64,000 nt of DNA from the sequence record LR745206.1, one strand, 5' to 3'. Positions 1 through 8,847 of this stretch are shown here, one piece after another (the first letter of the stretch is position 1; each line of letters starts with the position of its first letter). The position numbers were made by a program, and so were the translations under genes. The notes under the pieces are model-generated. The model worked only from the letters and a program-made list of their open reading frames with translations. It had not been told where the DNA came from and did no database searches.

Positions 1-2
1 CA

Positions 3-191
3 TTCAAAGGTGAAATAAAATCTCTTGATATGACTAAATTGGATTTATCAGATATTGATAAAATTAAAAATGAAAATGACTCCAAGTTCACGATAAATGA
101 TGTATTGGATAAGATAAGTAAAAGTGGGATGGATAGTCTTACATTTGAAGAAAGAATATTTCTTGATGAATATAGTAAAAACAATGGATAG
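3..191 (+). CDS. 5'-truncated protein ending in a DUF6576-like motif
   Basis: Open frame from window edge to TAG 189-191; C-terminus DVLDKISKSGMDSLTFEERIFLDEYSK. Confidence 0.7.
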   Translation, partial: FKGEIKSLDMTKLDLSDIDKIKNENDSKFTINDVLDKISKSGMDSLTFEERIFLDEYSKNNG

Positions 192-534
192 GATAGTAAA
201 TCTAACTCCATTCTCTATACTTTCTCAAGTAAATGAAATAGAACATCACACTTTATTAGAGATTACCACTATCGTAATAGAAAATAGTGGTAATTTTTTT
301 TACATAAAAGATGAAGTTGAAAAGATATTAGATGTCTCTAATATGCCTCAGTATATTAAAGAAGATTGGATTAATTATAACAAAAAAGAATTAAATATTG
401 CTTTATTGAATCACCAGATAAAGAATCTCGAAAATATTCTTGAATATAAAAGACCATATGATGAAAAGGATGAAGAAGCTCTTATTTTATTGAAATCTTT
501 GAGAAGGGATTTAATTATCAACGGGCTTATCTAA
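184..534 (+). CDS. hypothetical protein
   Basis: ORF 124..534; ATG184 overlaps the end of the upstream gene. Confidence 0.6.
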   Translation: MDRIVNLTPFSILSQVNEIEHHTLLEITTIVIENSGNFFYIKDEVEKILDVSNMPQYIKEDWINYNKKELNIALLNHQIKNLENILEYKRPYDEKDEEALILLKSLRRDLIINGLI

Positions 535-966
535 ACTAAAAACAATATCAATAAATAAAATAAAACTAGTATTGATTTTATTTTCCTTAGTGTATTCTCT
601 TAGTGTATCAACATCACTAAACCATTGTCCACCAGTAACCCTAACAAATAGTGAGTTTAATTTACAAACACATCTGCTTTCGAAGTGTTCAATAGAACTT
701 TGTAAATCATCAAAAAAATCATCAGTGAAGTTGAAATTTTTATTACTTAATCTAACACAAAGACCCTTGAATGATTTTTTATTATTGAAATCATTTGGAT
801 TGTCTATAATTTTTTTACCATCCATTGGTGAAAAATTACCAACAAAACAATCATTTACTGATAATCCGTGATCTGCTACGGGAAGAAATATATCACGTAC
901 CTCATCAAATGAGATGCTTTTTTCAAAGTTCTCAATAAAGTTCTCAAACAATTTAACATACTTCAT
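511..966 (-). CDS. putative virion-internal protein with N-terminal tag
   Basis: Restarted at MKYVKLFENF (ATG 966), TAATATATA 4 nt upstream. Confidence 0.7.
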   Translation of the reverse strand: MKYVKLFENFIENFEKSISFDEVRDIFLPVADHGLSVNDCFVGNFSPMDGKKIIDNPNDFNNKKSFKGLCVRLSNKNFNFTDDFFDDLQSSIEHFESRCVCKLNSLFVRVTGGQWFSDVDTLREYTKENKINTSFILFIDIVFSLDKPVDN

Positions 967-990
967 AGTGTATATATTAATATAATTCCT

Positions 991-998
991 TATATTTG
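991..998 (+). promoter_or_regulatory. Bacteroidota-type -7 promoter element TAnnTTTG
   Basis: TATATTTG 4 nt before ATG1003. Confidence 0.65.
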
Positions 999-1002
999 CT
1001 TC

Positions 1003-1164
1003 ATGGATAATATAACTACACATAAAGACCCAACAGAAAACTACACACCAGTAGGTCAAACATTCTGTAAGGGTAAATGCGATACGAAAGCTATAAGAAC
1101 GAAAGAAGGTCTTGTTGTTCTTTGTGATGGATGTAAAAGGGTTGTTATTGATAATAGAGATTAG
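1003..1164 (+). CDS. small Cys-rich (zinc-finger-like) protein, 53 aa
   Basis: Hand-translated MDNITTH...FCKGKC...LCDGCKRVVIDNRD; below ORF-track cutoff. Confidence 0.65.
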   Translation: MDNITTHKDPTENYTPVGQTFCKGKCDTKAIRTKEGLVVLCDGCKRVVIDNRD

Positions 1165-1529
1165 TGGAATATTTACCAGGTATAATAGATGAAAGTCTTC
1201 AAAAATTAAATTATTTTGAAATATTAAATGATTTTAATGTACCATTGTACCCTAATAGATTCGATGATGATATTTCAAACAATGATATTACGGATTCAAT
1301 AGAATTTAAAGGTGGTGAAATATTAATTCTTAGATGGTTTAAACCAAAAACAACAAGAACACTTTATAGTTTTGTGGTTGGATATTATAAATCAGATAAG
1401 TACCATGAGGTTAAAAGAGAATGTCCTATGAGTATGGATTTTGTTTCTATCAATACTGCTATACTTAATAATATAACCAATTCATTTGTAAGAGAATTGA
1501 AGATAGATTCTATATTATATGGTTTGTAG
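1164..1529 (+). CDS. hypothetical protein with C-terminal RxxK motif
   Basis: Ends VRELKIDSILYGL. Confidence 0.65.
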   Translation: MEYLPGIIDESLQKLNYFEILNDFNVPLYPNRFDDDISNNDITDSIEFKGGEILILRWFKPKTTRTLYSFVVGYYKSDKYHEVKRECPMSMDFVSINTAILNNITNSFVRELKIDSILYGL

Positions 1530-1791
1530 ATGTAAGTTAAATTTTATGATGAAGGATTTTCACTTTATTGATGGTGAAATCTATGATTATGATTATGATA
1601 GTCATGAAGAAACTGGAATTTTGATTTTTTATATAAAAGGTAGAAGATTATCATTTTCAACAGGTCTTCCATTTGTTGATGGTAAGCTTCCGATGGTAGA
1701 AGATAAATTCCGGAAGTATTTCGATGATTTACAATATTTAAGAGAAGAAAAATTAAAACAATTATTTGATGATATTAGCGAAAACAGTTAA
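1519..1791 (+). CDS. hypothetical protein with C-terminal RxxK motif
   Basis: Ends LREEKLKQLFDDISENS. Confidence 0.6.
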   Translation: MVCRCKLNFMMKDFHFIDGEIYDYDYDSHEETGILIFYIKGRRLSFSTGLPFVDGKLPMVEDKFRKYFDDLQYLREEKLKQLFDDISENS

Positions 1792-2326
1792 ACAGATTAC
1801 ATTATTAAATGTAATCATATTTATATTAGCATATATGACGGATTTTTCATTCTATGATCAATTCGCACTTTTTCCTGGTGATGGTCAACCACACCAATAT
1901 ATAACACATATGTTTCTACATGCTGGATTCACACACATCTTATTTAATATGTTAGCTTTTCTGTCATTTGGATCAGATGTTGAGAATTACTTTGGTAGAA
2001 ATAAATTTATAGTATTTTATCTATTATCAGGAATTGGAGCAGCACTTTTACATATCGTATTAACGGGAAGTCAATCTCCTATGGTTGGTGCTTCCGGTGC
2101 TATATTTGGTGTATTAGCAGCATCTGCAATTATTCACCCAGAACAAAAATTTTATGTATTTTTCATATTACCAATAAAGGCTAAATGGATAATGCCAATA
2201 CTAATAACAATAGAATTATATCTAGGAATAGTGTATAGTGATGGGAACATAGCCCACTTTGCTCATATTGGAGGAGCAATAACTGGAACATTATTTCTAC
2301 TAATTAACAAATATTTAAAAAAATGA
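1766..2326 (+). CDS. rhomboid family intramembrane serine protease
   Basis: FLHAG-x-x-H-x-x-FNM, GASGAIFG catalytic Ser, AHFAHIGG catalytic His, multiple TM segments. Confidence 0.92.
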   Translation: MMILAKTVKQITLLNVIIFILAYMTDFSFYDQFALFPGDGQPHQYITHMFLHAGFTHILFNMLAFLSFGSDVENYFGRNKFIVFYLLSGIGAALLHIVLTGSQSPMVGASGAIFGVLAASAIIHPEQKFYVFFILPIKAKWIMPILITIELYLGIVYSDGNIAHFAHIGGAITGTLFLLINKYLKK

Positions 2327-2883
2327 AACATCTACTAATATTAGATTTGGATGAAGCTTTATGGCACTCTGTTTATAACAGTGAGGTTAGTAAAGAAAGT
2401 TATGATTTTATCAAGAATTCTTTTGATGTTCTTGGTATGTACAGAACTATGCTTCGACCACATCTACAAGAATTTCTTGATTATGCTTTTGAAAATTTTG
2501 ATGTTGCTATTTGGACAGCTGCTGGTAAGGGGTATGCTGAGTTTGTTCTAAATGAAATGAATCTAGATATCACAAAGTTAAAATTCTTTTACACAGAGAA
2601 GAATTGTACACCTAAATATGATTATGGTGAAGGTTGGGGTATGGGTCAAATGGTTTATAAAAAGAGTATCAGTAAGTTAAGTAAAAAGGGTTATGATATG
2701 GATAAAGTGTTGATGGTTGATGATAAACCAGAACACATTGATTCTTATGGGAATGTTATTAAAATAAAAGCTTTTTATGGTGATTCTGATGATACTGAAT
2801 TATTAAAATTGATAAAATATTTGGATAAAATAAAAGATGAACCAAACATTAGAAGTATCGAGAAAAGAGATTGGTCTAATTAA
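2323..2883 (+). CDS. HAD-superfamily NIF/FCP1-like phosphatase
   Basis: LILDLDE, RPHLQEFL, WTAA, MVDDKP motifs. Confidence 0.85.
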   Translation: MKHLLILDLDEALWHSVYNSEVSKESYDFIKNSFDVLGMYRTMLRPHLQEFLDYAFENFDVAIWTAAGKGYAEFVLNEMNLDITKLKFFYTEKNCTPKYDYGEGWGMGQMVYKKSISKLSKKGYDMDKVLMVDDKPEHIDSYGNVIKIKAFYGDSDDTELLKLIKYLDKIKDEPNIRSIEKRDWSN

Positions 2884-2893
2884 TACATATAAA

Positions 2894-3217
2894 ATGAAAA
2901 AAATATTAACAATATTATTGATGTTTTTGTCGAGTTTATTATACTCACAAACTGTTTGTACAGATACTATATTTGCTCCTAACGCCTTTACACCAACATT
3001 AACAACAAATAATAAATTTATACCTTATATAAATTATTATACTGACTATCAGATGGTTATCTATAATAGATGGGGTTATTTAATTTATAGTGGTAAAGAA
3101 TGGGATGGTACATATAAAGGTACTTTGTGCCAACAAACAACATATATCTGGGAAATAAAAGCTTATGGATCAGAATGTGAAAGAAATTTTAGAGGAATGG
3201 TTGTGTTGATTAGGTAA
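2894..3217 (+). CDS. signal peptide plus T9SS type-B (CHU_C / gliding-motility-associated) C-terminal domain
   Basis: MKKILTILLMFLSSLLYSQ then PNAFTP, IYNRWG, WDG, TYxW, FRGMVVLIR. Confidence 0.85.
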   Translation: MKKILTILLMFLSSLLYSQTVCTDTIFAPNAFTPTLTTNNKFIPYINYYTDYQMVIYNRWGYLIYSGKEWDGTYKGTLCQQTTYIWEIKAYGSECERNFRGMVVLIR

Positions 3218-3245
3218 ATTAATAATTTTTTATTATATTTGTTCT

Positions 3246-3596
3246 ATGATGGCACCAGATAGAATTGAGTTATTTATTGATAAGAAGATACAAGGATTTT
3301 TGTTCGATGGAGAATCATATGATTTTGTCATTGATAATCTTAAAGAATGTATTGAAAGATTTAAGAATAAAGATACATTTATAAATGTAAGTAAGAGATA
3401 TCTCCTAAATAACTGGTCACAAATCGCTTTTAAAAAAAGATATACAGCTTATTATGTTATGTATTCAACTAAAAGATTACATGATATGGAATGGATTGTC
3501 AAAAGCACCAGTAAATTCCCAACATACCAAAGAAGTAAAATGTTTAGTCTTGTCCAATTAAAGGATAAGTTATCAGAACAAAAATCATCATGTTAG
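3246..3596 (+). CDS. hypothetical protein
   Basis: ORF preceded by TATATTTG 3234-3241. Confidence 0.65.
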   Translation: MMAPDRIELFIDKKIQGFLFDGESYDFVIDNLKECIERFKNKDTFINVSKRYLLNNWSQIAFKKRYTAYYVMYSTKRLHDMEWIVKSTSKFPTYQRSKMFSLVQLKDKLSEQKSSC

Positions 3597-4288
3597 AATT
3601 TTTTATAAGTTTACAAGTTGATGATGATTTCGGTGTTCCTCAAAATTCTTGGGGACCAATTTCTCCTTATATACCCAGTGGTTTGTTATGTATAATTGGT
3701 AATTTTGCGAAAGTAAATCCTGATATTTTTGATAGAAAAGATTTTTTTAAACCTATCGAATCCATAATTAGAAATAACATCAATATAAATGATTTATCAA
3801 AAAAAGATATTGAGAAAATAATGTCTAAATTTGGTGATTATGAAATGAATTCAGATGTTATGAAATTCAATCCTGATAACTATTATGATTTAGATCAAAT
3901 ATTTATTGATAAAAATAAAAATGATACTAGAATAAGTATTAGATATCTTAATTGCCCAATTAATTCATTTTACTTATTACAAGAAGGAAACGCACTAAAA
4001 GTTATAATAAGTCCATTCACACAAAACTATTATTCGATTACTGAAACAGAATGGTTAGAATTTCTAAACTATTTAAAAGAAAAAATTGGCATATCTGAAT
4101 TAAGAGATATTAAATTAAATCAAATTTTTGATGAAAAACCTAACAAATCCGTAAATTTAATAAGACAGCTTAGATTTAAGTTAAATAAAAGCTCTGATAG
4201 ATTTTTAAATAGTGTCTTAGATTTTTATGAAAAAAGAGGATATTTATCTGATAAACAATACAATTCTGTAGCTAAGAATATTTGGTAA
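3590..4288 (+). CDS. hypothetical protein
   Basis: Internal LRDIKLNQIF motif followed by a short tail FLNSVLDFYEKRGYLSDKQ. Confidence 0.65.
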   Translation: MLEFFISLQVDDDFGVPQNSWGPISPYIPSGLLCIIGNFAKVNPDIFDRKDFFKPIESIIRNNININDLSKKDIEKIMSKFGDYEMNSDVMKFNPDNYYDLDQIFIDKNKNDTRISIRYLNCPINSFYLLQEGNALKVIISPFTQNYYSITETEWLEFLNYLKEKIGISELRDIKLNQIFDEKPNKSVNLIRQLRFKLNKSSDRFLNSVLDFYEKRGYLSDKQYNSVAKNIW

Positions 4289-4314
4289 TTCATATATTTT
4301 CCGTATATTTGTGT

Positions 4315-4539
4315 ATGGGAAATAAGAAAGAAATACTATGGTCAGTTCTTGAAAAGTATGATGGTTTATCAAATTTAAGTAGATTTTGTGATTCTATTTC
4401 CAATTTCATCCAAAATAAACAAGATGGTAATGATATAATCAATGTATATCGATCATTGGACACAATTGAACAATCTGATAGAAAAAAAATAAATATCACA
4501 ATTGGTGGTGATATAGACGCTTTTCTCTTTAGTATCTAA
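4315..4539 (+). CDS. hypothetical protein
   Basis: ATG4315 just after TATATTTG 4304-4311. Confidence 0.55.
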   Translation: MGNKKEILWSVLEKYDGLSNLSRFCDSISNFIQNKQDGNDIINVYRSLDTIEQSDRKKINITIGGDIDAFLFSI

Positions 4540-4622
4540 GTTCATGTAACATCATGATACCTTATTATTATATAACTTGGCGGTTTTTTATTGTTTAAAA
4601 CCTCTGGATTTTTTATGGTTAA

Positions 4623-5510
4623 TTAATCTATACAAGATGGTGGTTTTTTCATTCTTTTAAACTTCCAATGCAGGTTTTCCCAATCTTTTATTTCAGCATC
4701 TAACTTAACAATCTCTTCACCCCAATCTTGGAACTCTTCTTGCTTTCTTTCTAAATCTCTAACTAAATCATTTATTTCCGATTCTCTTTCTAAAAGTTTA
4801 TCCTCTCTCTTTTTGATACTTTTTAGACCTACTTCTAAATCCTTTTCTTTCTCTGAAACAATTTTCAAATCTTTGTCAATCTTTGATTGTAGCTCACCAT
4901 ATTTAGAATCGATATCTTTTGATGATTCTAAAATAGTTCTGTCTAGATTCCTCTCCTTTTCGTTTATATCTTGTAGTTTATCCTGTACATCTAACTCTCT
5001 TTCAACTAAATCTCTAGATTTTTCTCTTAAATCATCTTCTTTCTTATCTAATAATTTAAGATCCTCTTTATAGTCTTTCTCTCTCTTATCAACCCTACCA
5101 AGTCTTATTTCAACTTCCTCTTCCTTACTTTTAATCCTTCTTTCTCTACTATCTAATTCAGACTCTTTATTTTCAATTTCTTTTAGTCTCTCCTCATCAA
5201 CTTGAATACCTGTATCAGAAAGATTCATAGATGAAAGTATCATATCTTCTATGAATGGGATTAATTTCTTACCTAATTGTGCTGGTTGCGGCATTTTATT
5301 CATCTTCATATAAGACATCAACTCAGCTTTCCAGTCTATATTTTCAAAAAATTCAGGATTATTATCAATAATATCTCTATCAATCTGTATTAACTCATCT
5401 TTAACCTTATAAATATATTCTTCTAGAATAGTTCCTATTTTAAGAATAAAAATCTTCTTCTCCGGACTAAGATATTGAAATTCCTTTATTACCTTATGTT
5501 TTATTTTCAT
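4623..5510 (-). CDS. long coiled-coil protein
   Basis: E/K/R-rich heptad pattern; ATG5510 with a TTTATATATA element upstream. Confidence 0.7.
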   Translation of the reverse strand: MKIKHKVIKEFQYLSPEKKIFILKIGTILEEYIYKVKDELIQIDRDIIDNNPEFFENIDWKAELMSYMKMNKMPQPAQLGKKLIPFIEDMILSSMNLSDTGIQVDEERLKEIENKESELDSRERRIKSKEEEVEIRLGRVDKREKDYKEDLKLLDKKEDDLREKSRDLVERELDVQDKLQDINEKERNLDRTILESSKDIDSKYGELQSKIDKDLKIVSEKEKDLEVGLKSIKKREDKLLERESEINDLVRDLERKQEEFQDWGEEIVKLDAEIKDWENLHWKFKRMKKPPSCID

Positions 5511-5584
5511 AATAATTTTACTCAATTTTTATTATATATAAAAAACCTTTGTTTTTCTTTCAATTTTACGTATATTTGTTAATT

Positions 5585-6058
5585 ATGACAAGATCACAAT
5601 TAAATAATCTTATTGGATTTACTTTTAATTTTCATGAAAACATGGGAAATAAAGTTCTAGATTGCGATTCTTCTTATTTATTAGAGAAATGGGAGAAATA
5701 TATTGGAGTATCTACAAAAAATAACATATCTTATGATTATTTTTTAGAAAATAAAACATACTTTCATTTGGTTATAAGAAGATGGTTTGGTAAATGGGAT
5801 AAGAATGGTAAAGATTGGGATAATATATTACCAATACTTAATTTTATCAATGAGATTAATCTTTTGGATCCTATGGGTAGATTTAATAATATAATGACAC
5901 CGGATGATTTAATAAAATTATTCAATAAACATATCGGTGATGTCAATGAAATTAATAAATGTGAATATAAACACTTACATGCTAATGTAGTTAAAAGAGT
6001 TGATACTTGGATAAATAAATTAAAAAGAGAATATAATTTAACATTAATATTAGATTAG
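5585..6058 (+). CDS. hypothetical protein
   Basis: ATG5585 after TATATTTG 5571-5578; ends KREYNLTLILD. Confidence 0.65.
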   Translation: MTRSQLNNLIGFTFNFHENMGNKVLDCDSSYLLEKWEKYIGVSTKNNISYDYFLENKTYFHLVIRRWFGKWDKNGKDWDNILPILNFINEINLLDPMGRFNNIMTPDDLIKLFNKHIGDVNEINKCEYKHLHANVVKRVDTWINKLKREYNLTLILD

Positions 6059-6282
6059 TATAAGTCAGAGAAGCTATCGCCGGTCCCGAAAGGGTGAAAT
6101 AACTGGAGAAACTTCGACACTACTGAACCTAACGTGGGAGGCAATCTTCGGATAGCCGTTACTACCACGGAAGTAGCAACACATACAGACCTAGGATATC
6201 GGTTCTCCTTTGATGGTCGGGTTTGTGGCAATAGATAGATGATAGCTTAAAGCAAAATGTCGGGTAAGCTCAACTTATACTA
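6056..6282 (+). ncRNA. rnpB: minimal RNase P RNA (catalytic domain, S-domain largely absent)
   Basis: Hand-folded P1, P2, P3, P4 pseudoknot with bulged U, P5, P6 pseudoknot, P7, P15-P17 with GGU in L15; conserved-region-like GGAGAAACUUCG, UAGAUAGAUG, CAAAAUGUCGGGUA. Confidence 0.88.
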
Positions 6283-6301
6283 ATTTTTTAATAAAAAAGA
6301 T

Positions 6302-6508
6302 ATGAAGAAAGGTGATAAATTAATATGCACTAAAGAAGTTAATAATTTTTTAGGAAACACTCTATTTGAAAAGGATAAAGAATATGATGTTCTTTATGTT
6401 GATAATGAGGATATAGAAGTAATGGTTTGTTTAAATCATGTTTTATATGCTAATGAGTATAATTTATTTCCATTGGAATGGGTATTAAATAATTTCAAAA
6501 AAATATGA
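6302..6508 (+). CDS. hypothetical protein
   Basis: 68-aa ORF in operon. Confidence 0.6.
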   Translation: MKKGDKLICTKEVNNFLGNTLFEKDKEYDVLYVDNEDIEVMVCLNHVLYANEYNLFPLEWVLNNFKKI

Positions 6509-6912
6509 TAAAGGAAAAAATAGAAGAGGTTATTGAAAACCTAATAATAAATACCGAATTGGGAACACTAGTTTGGGAGGAAGGTGATACCAAAGATAGA
6601 AGATATGAGAGGTGTTTAATTTCTTATGGTGAGGATGGTACTCAGTTTGAGATAGAAATAAAATATACTTTAATTAATAACAAATGGAAATTTGATGATT
6701 CTAAGTATATTTGGGTACGTAATAAAAAACTACCAAAGGGACATTATTATGGATCGACCGATTCTGTTATGAAACTTAAAGAGATTTTACTAAAAAAATA
6801 TTGCCAAGATTTAAATCCAAGTGAGAGCGATGTTGCTGATATACTTGGTGAGATATCCAAGGGTATATCATTATCAACATATAGGGATAATAAACTAAAT
6901 AAAATTTTATGA
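6505..6912 (+). CDS. hypothetical protein with C-terminal RxxK motif
   Basis: Ends YRDNKLNKIL. Confidence 0.65.
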   Translation: MIKEKIEEVIENLIINTELGTLVWEEGDTKDRRYERCLISYGEDGTQFEIEIKYTLINNKWKFDDSKYIWVRNKKLPKGHYYGSTDSVMKLKEILLKKYCQDLNPSESDVADILGEISKGISLSTYRDNKLNKIL

Positions 6913-7550
6913 AAAATGCTTGGAAACTATTTGATTATGGTGAGACTCCAATCTATCTAAAATATTGGTTTTTAGGTCTTTTTCTATTCATACCAGTGAG
7001 CTTAGTATTGATGATATTTGTATCTATACTTATACATGAAATGGCTCATGTCCGTACAGCTAGAAAATTAGGATACAATACAGATTATATTTTTATAGAT
7101 ATATTACATGGTGGTGCTTTGGTAGATTCCAAACACGGTGATAACAACAAACACGCTATATCAGTAGCTTTAGCAGGTCCAACATCCAATTTGATATTAG
7201 CATTAATTATAACTTTAGGTACAACAATATTTACATCATTTAGTCCGGATAATATAGATTCACCAATAATTCCATTTTTAGCAGAATTTATCGGTATTAA
7301 TTTAATATTATTTATTGCTAATTTAATACCAATATACCCACTTGATGGTGGTAGGATAAGTAAAGCATTTTCAAAAATGTGTTTTGGTGAAAATAAAGGT
7401 AGAGTTATAAATGGTATAATCTCAATGATTTTATCTTTTTGTGTTTTGAGTTATGGTATAATAAAGGTTGATTTTATATGGATAATATTCTCAGTAATAT
7501 TTATTATAACATCATATGGTGAAATTAAATCAAAAAAAGATGAACTTTGA
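6909..7550 (+). CDS. M50 family site-2 intramembrane metalloprotease
   Basis: HEMAH, LAGP, NLIPIYPLDGGRI, TM helices. Confidence 0.92.
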   Translation: MKNAWKLFDYGETPIYLKYWFLGLFLFIPVSLVLMIFVSILIHEMAHVRTARKLGYNTDYIFIDILHGGALVDSKHGDNNKHAISVALAGPTSNLILALIITLGTTIFTSFSPDNIDSPIIPFLAEFIGINLILFIANLIPIYPLDGGRISKAFSKMCFGENKGRVINGIISMILSFCVLSYGIIKVDFIWIIFSVIFIITSYGEIKSKKDEL

Positions 7551-7950
7551 TAATTTAATAGATGATGTTATAGATTTAGGTAAAAAATATACTATAATAT
7601 CAGGATATTGTGATGTTATTAATCATGAAAGCCAACATCACAAGTGTATAAAAAAAATCGATAGTGATTCTTATTATACTATAATAGGATGTTTTGATGA
7701 TGAAATGATAGAAGAGTGTATTTCTGAATATGAAATAGATTTTGATGAAATAATAGAGGGTGAATATAATTTTTATGCTGTTTTTACTTATGATGGTGGG
7801 GATTATGATGAATATGGTAGATGTACTATGAGACCATACTTGGAAGTTGAGTACATAAGATGGGATTTTATTCAAACCTTTGAGGAAAGAGATAGAGAGT
7901 TTAAATTAAGCCAGATATTAGAATCTGATTTTGATATATTTAATATATGA
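7540..7950 (+). CDS. acidic hypothetical protein with RxxK motif
   Basis: Near C-terminus DREFKLSQILE. Confidence 0.6.
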   Translation: MNFDNLIDDVIDLGKKYTIISGYCDVINHESQHHKCIKKIDSDSYYTIIGCFDDEMIEECISEYEIDFDEIIEGEYNFYAVFTYDGGDYDEYGRCTMRPYLEVEYIRWDFIQTFEERDREFKLSQILESDFDIFNI

Positions 7951-8258
7951 GAGAAGCACTAATTATAGAAACAGGGGATATATTGGATATAAAATTTCAA
8001 TATAAAATGATGAATTTCAGATTCAGTCTTCCTGAGGGAATTGAGATAGATGATAATTCTTTATTAGAAAAGGAAACCTATGTAAGAACAGAACCAGGTA
8101 AACCTTTGAAACTTGAAGGTTCTTTGACAAAACCTGGAGAAGATGATGAAAAAAGAACTTATTATATATTATCGGACGGAAAAAAGTACTATGAAAATGA
8201 ACTTATCATAGGTTTGAATAATATAAGGGAATATAAGATAAAAAATATAATTGAATAA
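7947..8258 (+). CDS. hypothetical protein with RxxK motif
   Basis: Ends IREYKIKNIIE. Confidence 0.6.
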   Translation: MREALIIETGDILDIKFQYKMMNFRFSLPEGIEIDDNSLLEKETYVRTEPGKPLKLEGSLTKPGEDDEKRTYYILSDGKKYYENELIIGLNNIREYKIKNIIE

Positions 8259-8847
8259 TATGTTTATAATTGACACAAACAAAGAAGATGTATTGAATGA
8301 TTTTCCATTTATACAAGAATGGATAGATACATTACAATTGAACATCATTAAAAAAGAAATTGATGATTCAAAAATTGAATTTTACTACTCTTATGGATTT
8401 TTCGTACCAAAAGTGGATAATAAAGAAGATCTTTATAATGATATGTATGAGAAATGTTCTAAGATGTTATTTGATGATAGATTAACATTTGAGCTATCTA
8501 AAGTAAGAGTAAATCTTACCATGAAGATAGGAAAATTGATATTATCAAATAGATTAGATAAAGGTAATATACCATCTTTATTAAAAAAAATAGTTACTGA
8601 ATTAACTAAGGTTAAAATGACAGTTGAGGCTGAGTATCATGAAAACAAGGATGTAATTGACTCTATTCCGGAGATAGATACTAATATAGTATCATTTGAT
8701 GTTATCAGGGATGTTATATCCAGTGATTACTCAGAATCTCAAAATTTTGATATTGATTCTATTTTAGATAAAATTTCTAAAAAAGGTGTAGAGTCTTTAT
8801 CAGATGAAGAGAAAGAATTCTTGGATAAGAAAAGTAAAGACATTTAA
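8251..8847 (+). CDS. protein with DUF6576-like C-terminus
   Basis: Ends IDSILDKISKKGVESLSDEEKEFL. Confidence 0.65.
   Translation: MNNMFIIDTNKEDVLNDFPFIQEWIDTLQLNIIKKEIDDSKIEFYYSYGFFVPKVDNKEDLYNDMYEKCSKMLFDDRLTFELSKVRVNLTMKIGKLILSNRLDKGNIPSLLKKIVTELTKVKMTVEAEYHENKDVIDSIPEIDTNIVSFDVIRDVISSDYSESQNFDIDSILDKISKKGVESLSDEEKEFLDKKSKDI

Noticed and set aside
6158-6230. Alternative reading of CCACGGAAGTAGCAACAC as the RNase P CR-II T-loop region with a conventional S-domain
   Set aside because: That register leaves no P6, P15-P17 or L15 GGU; pairing P5 with GTAG 6173-76 satisfies all catalytic-domain helices and both pseudoknots
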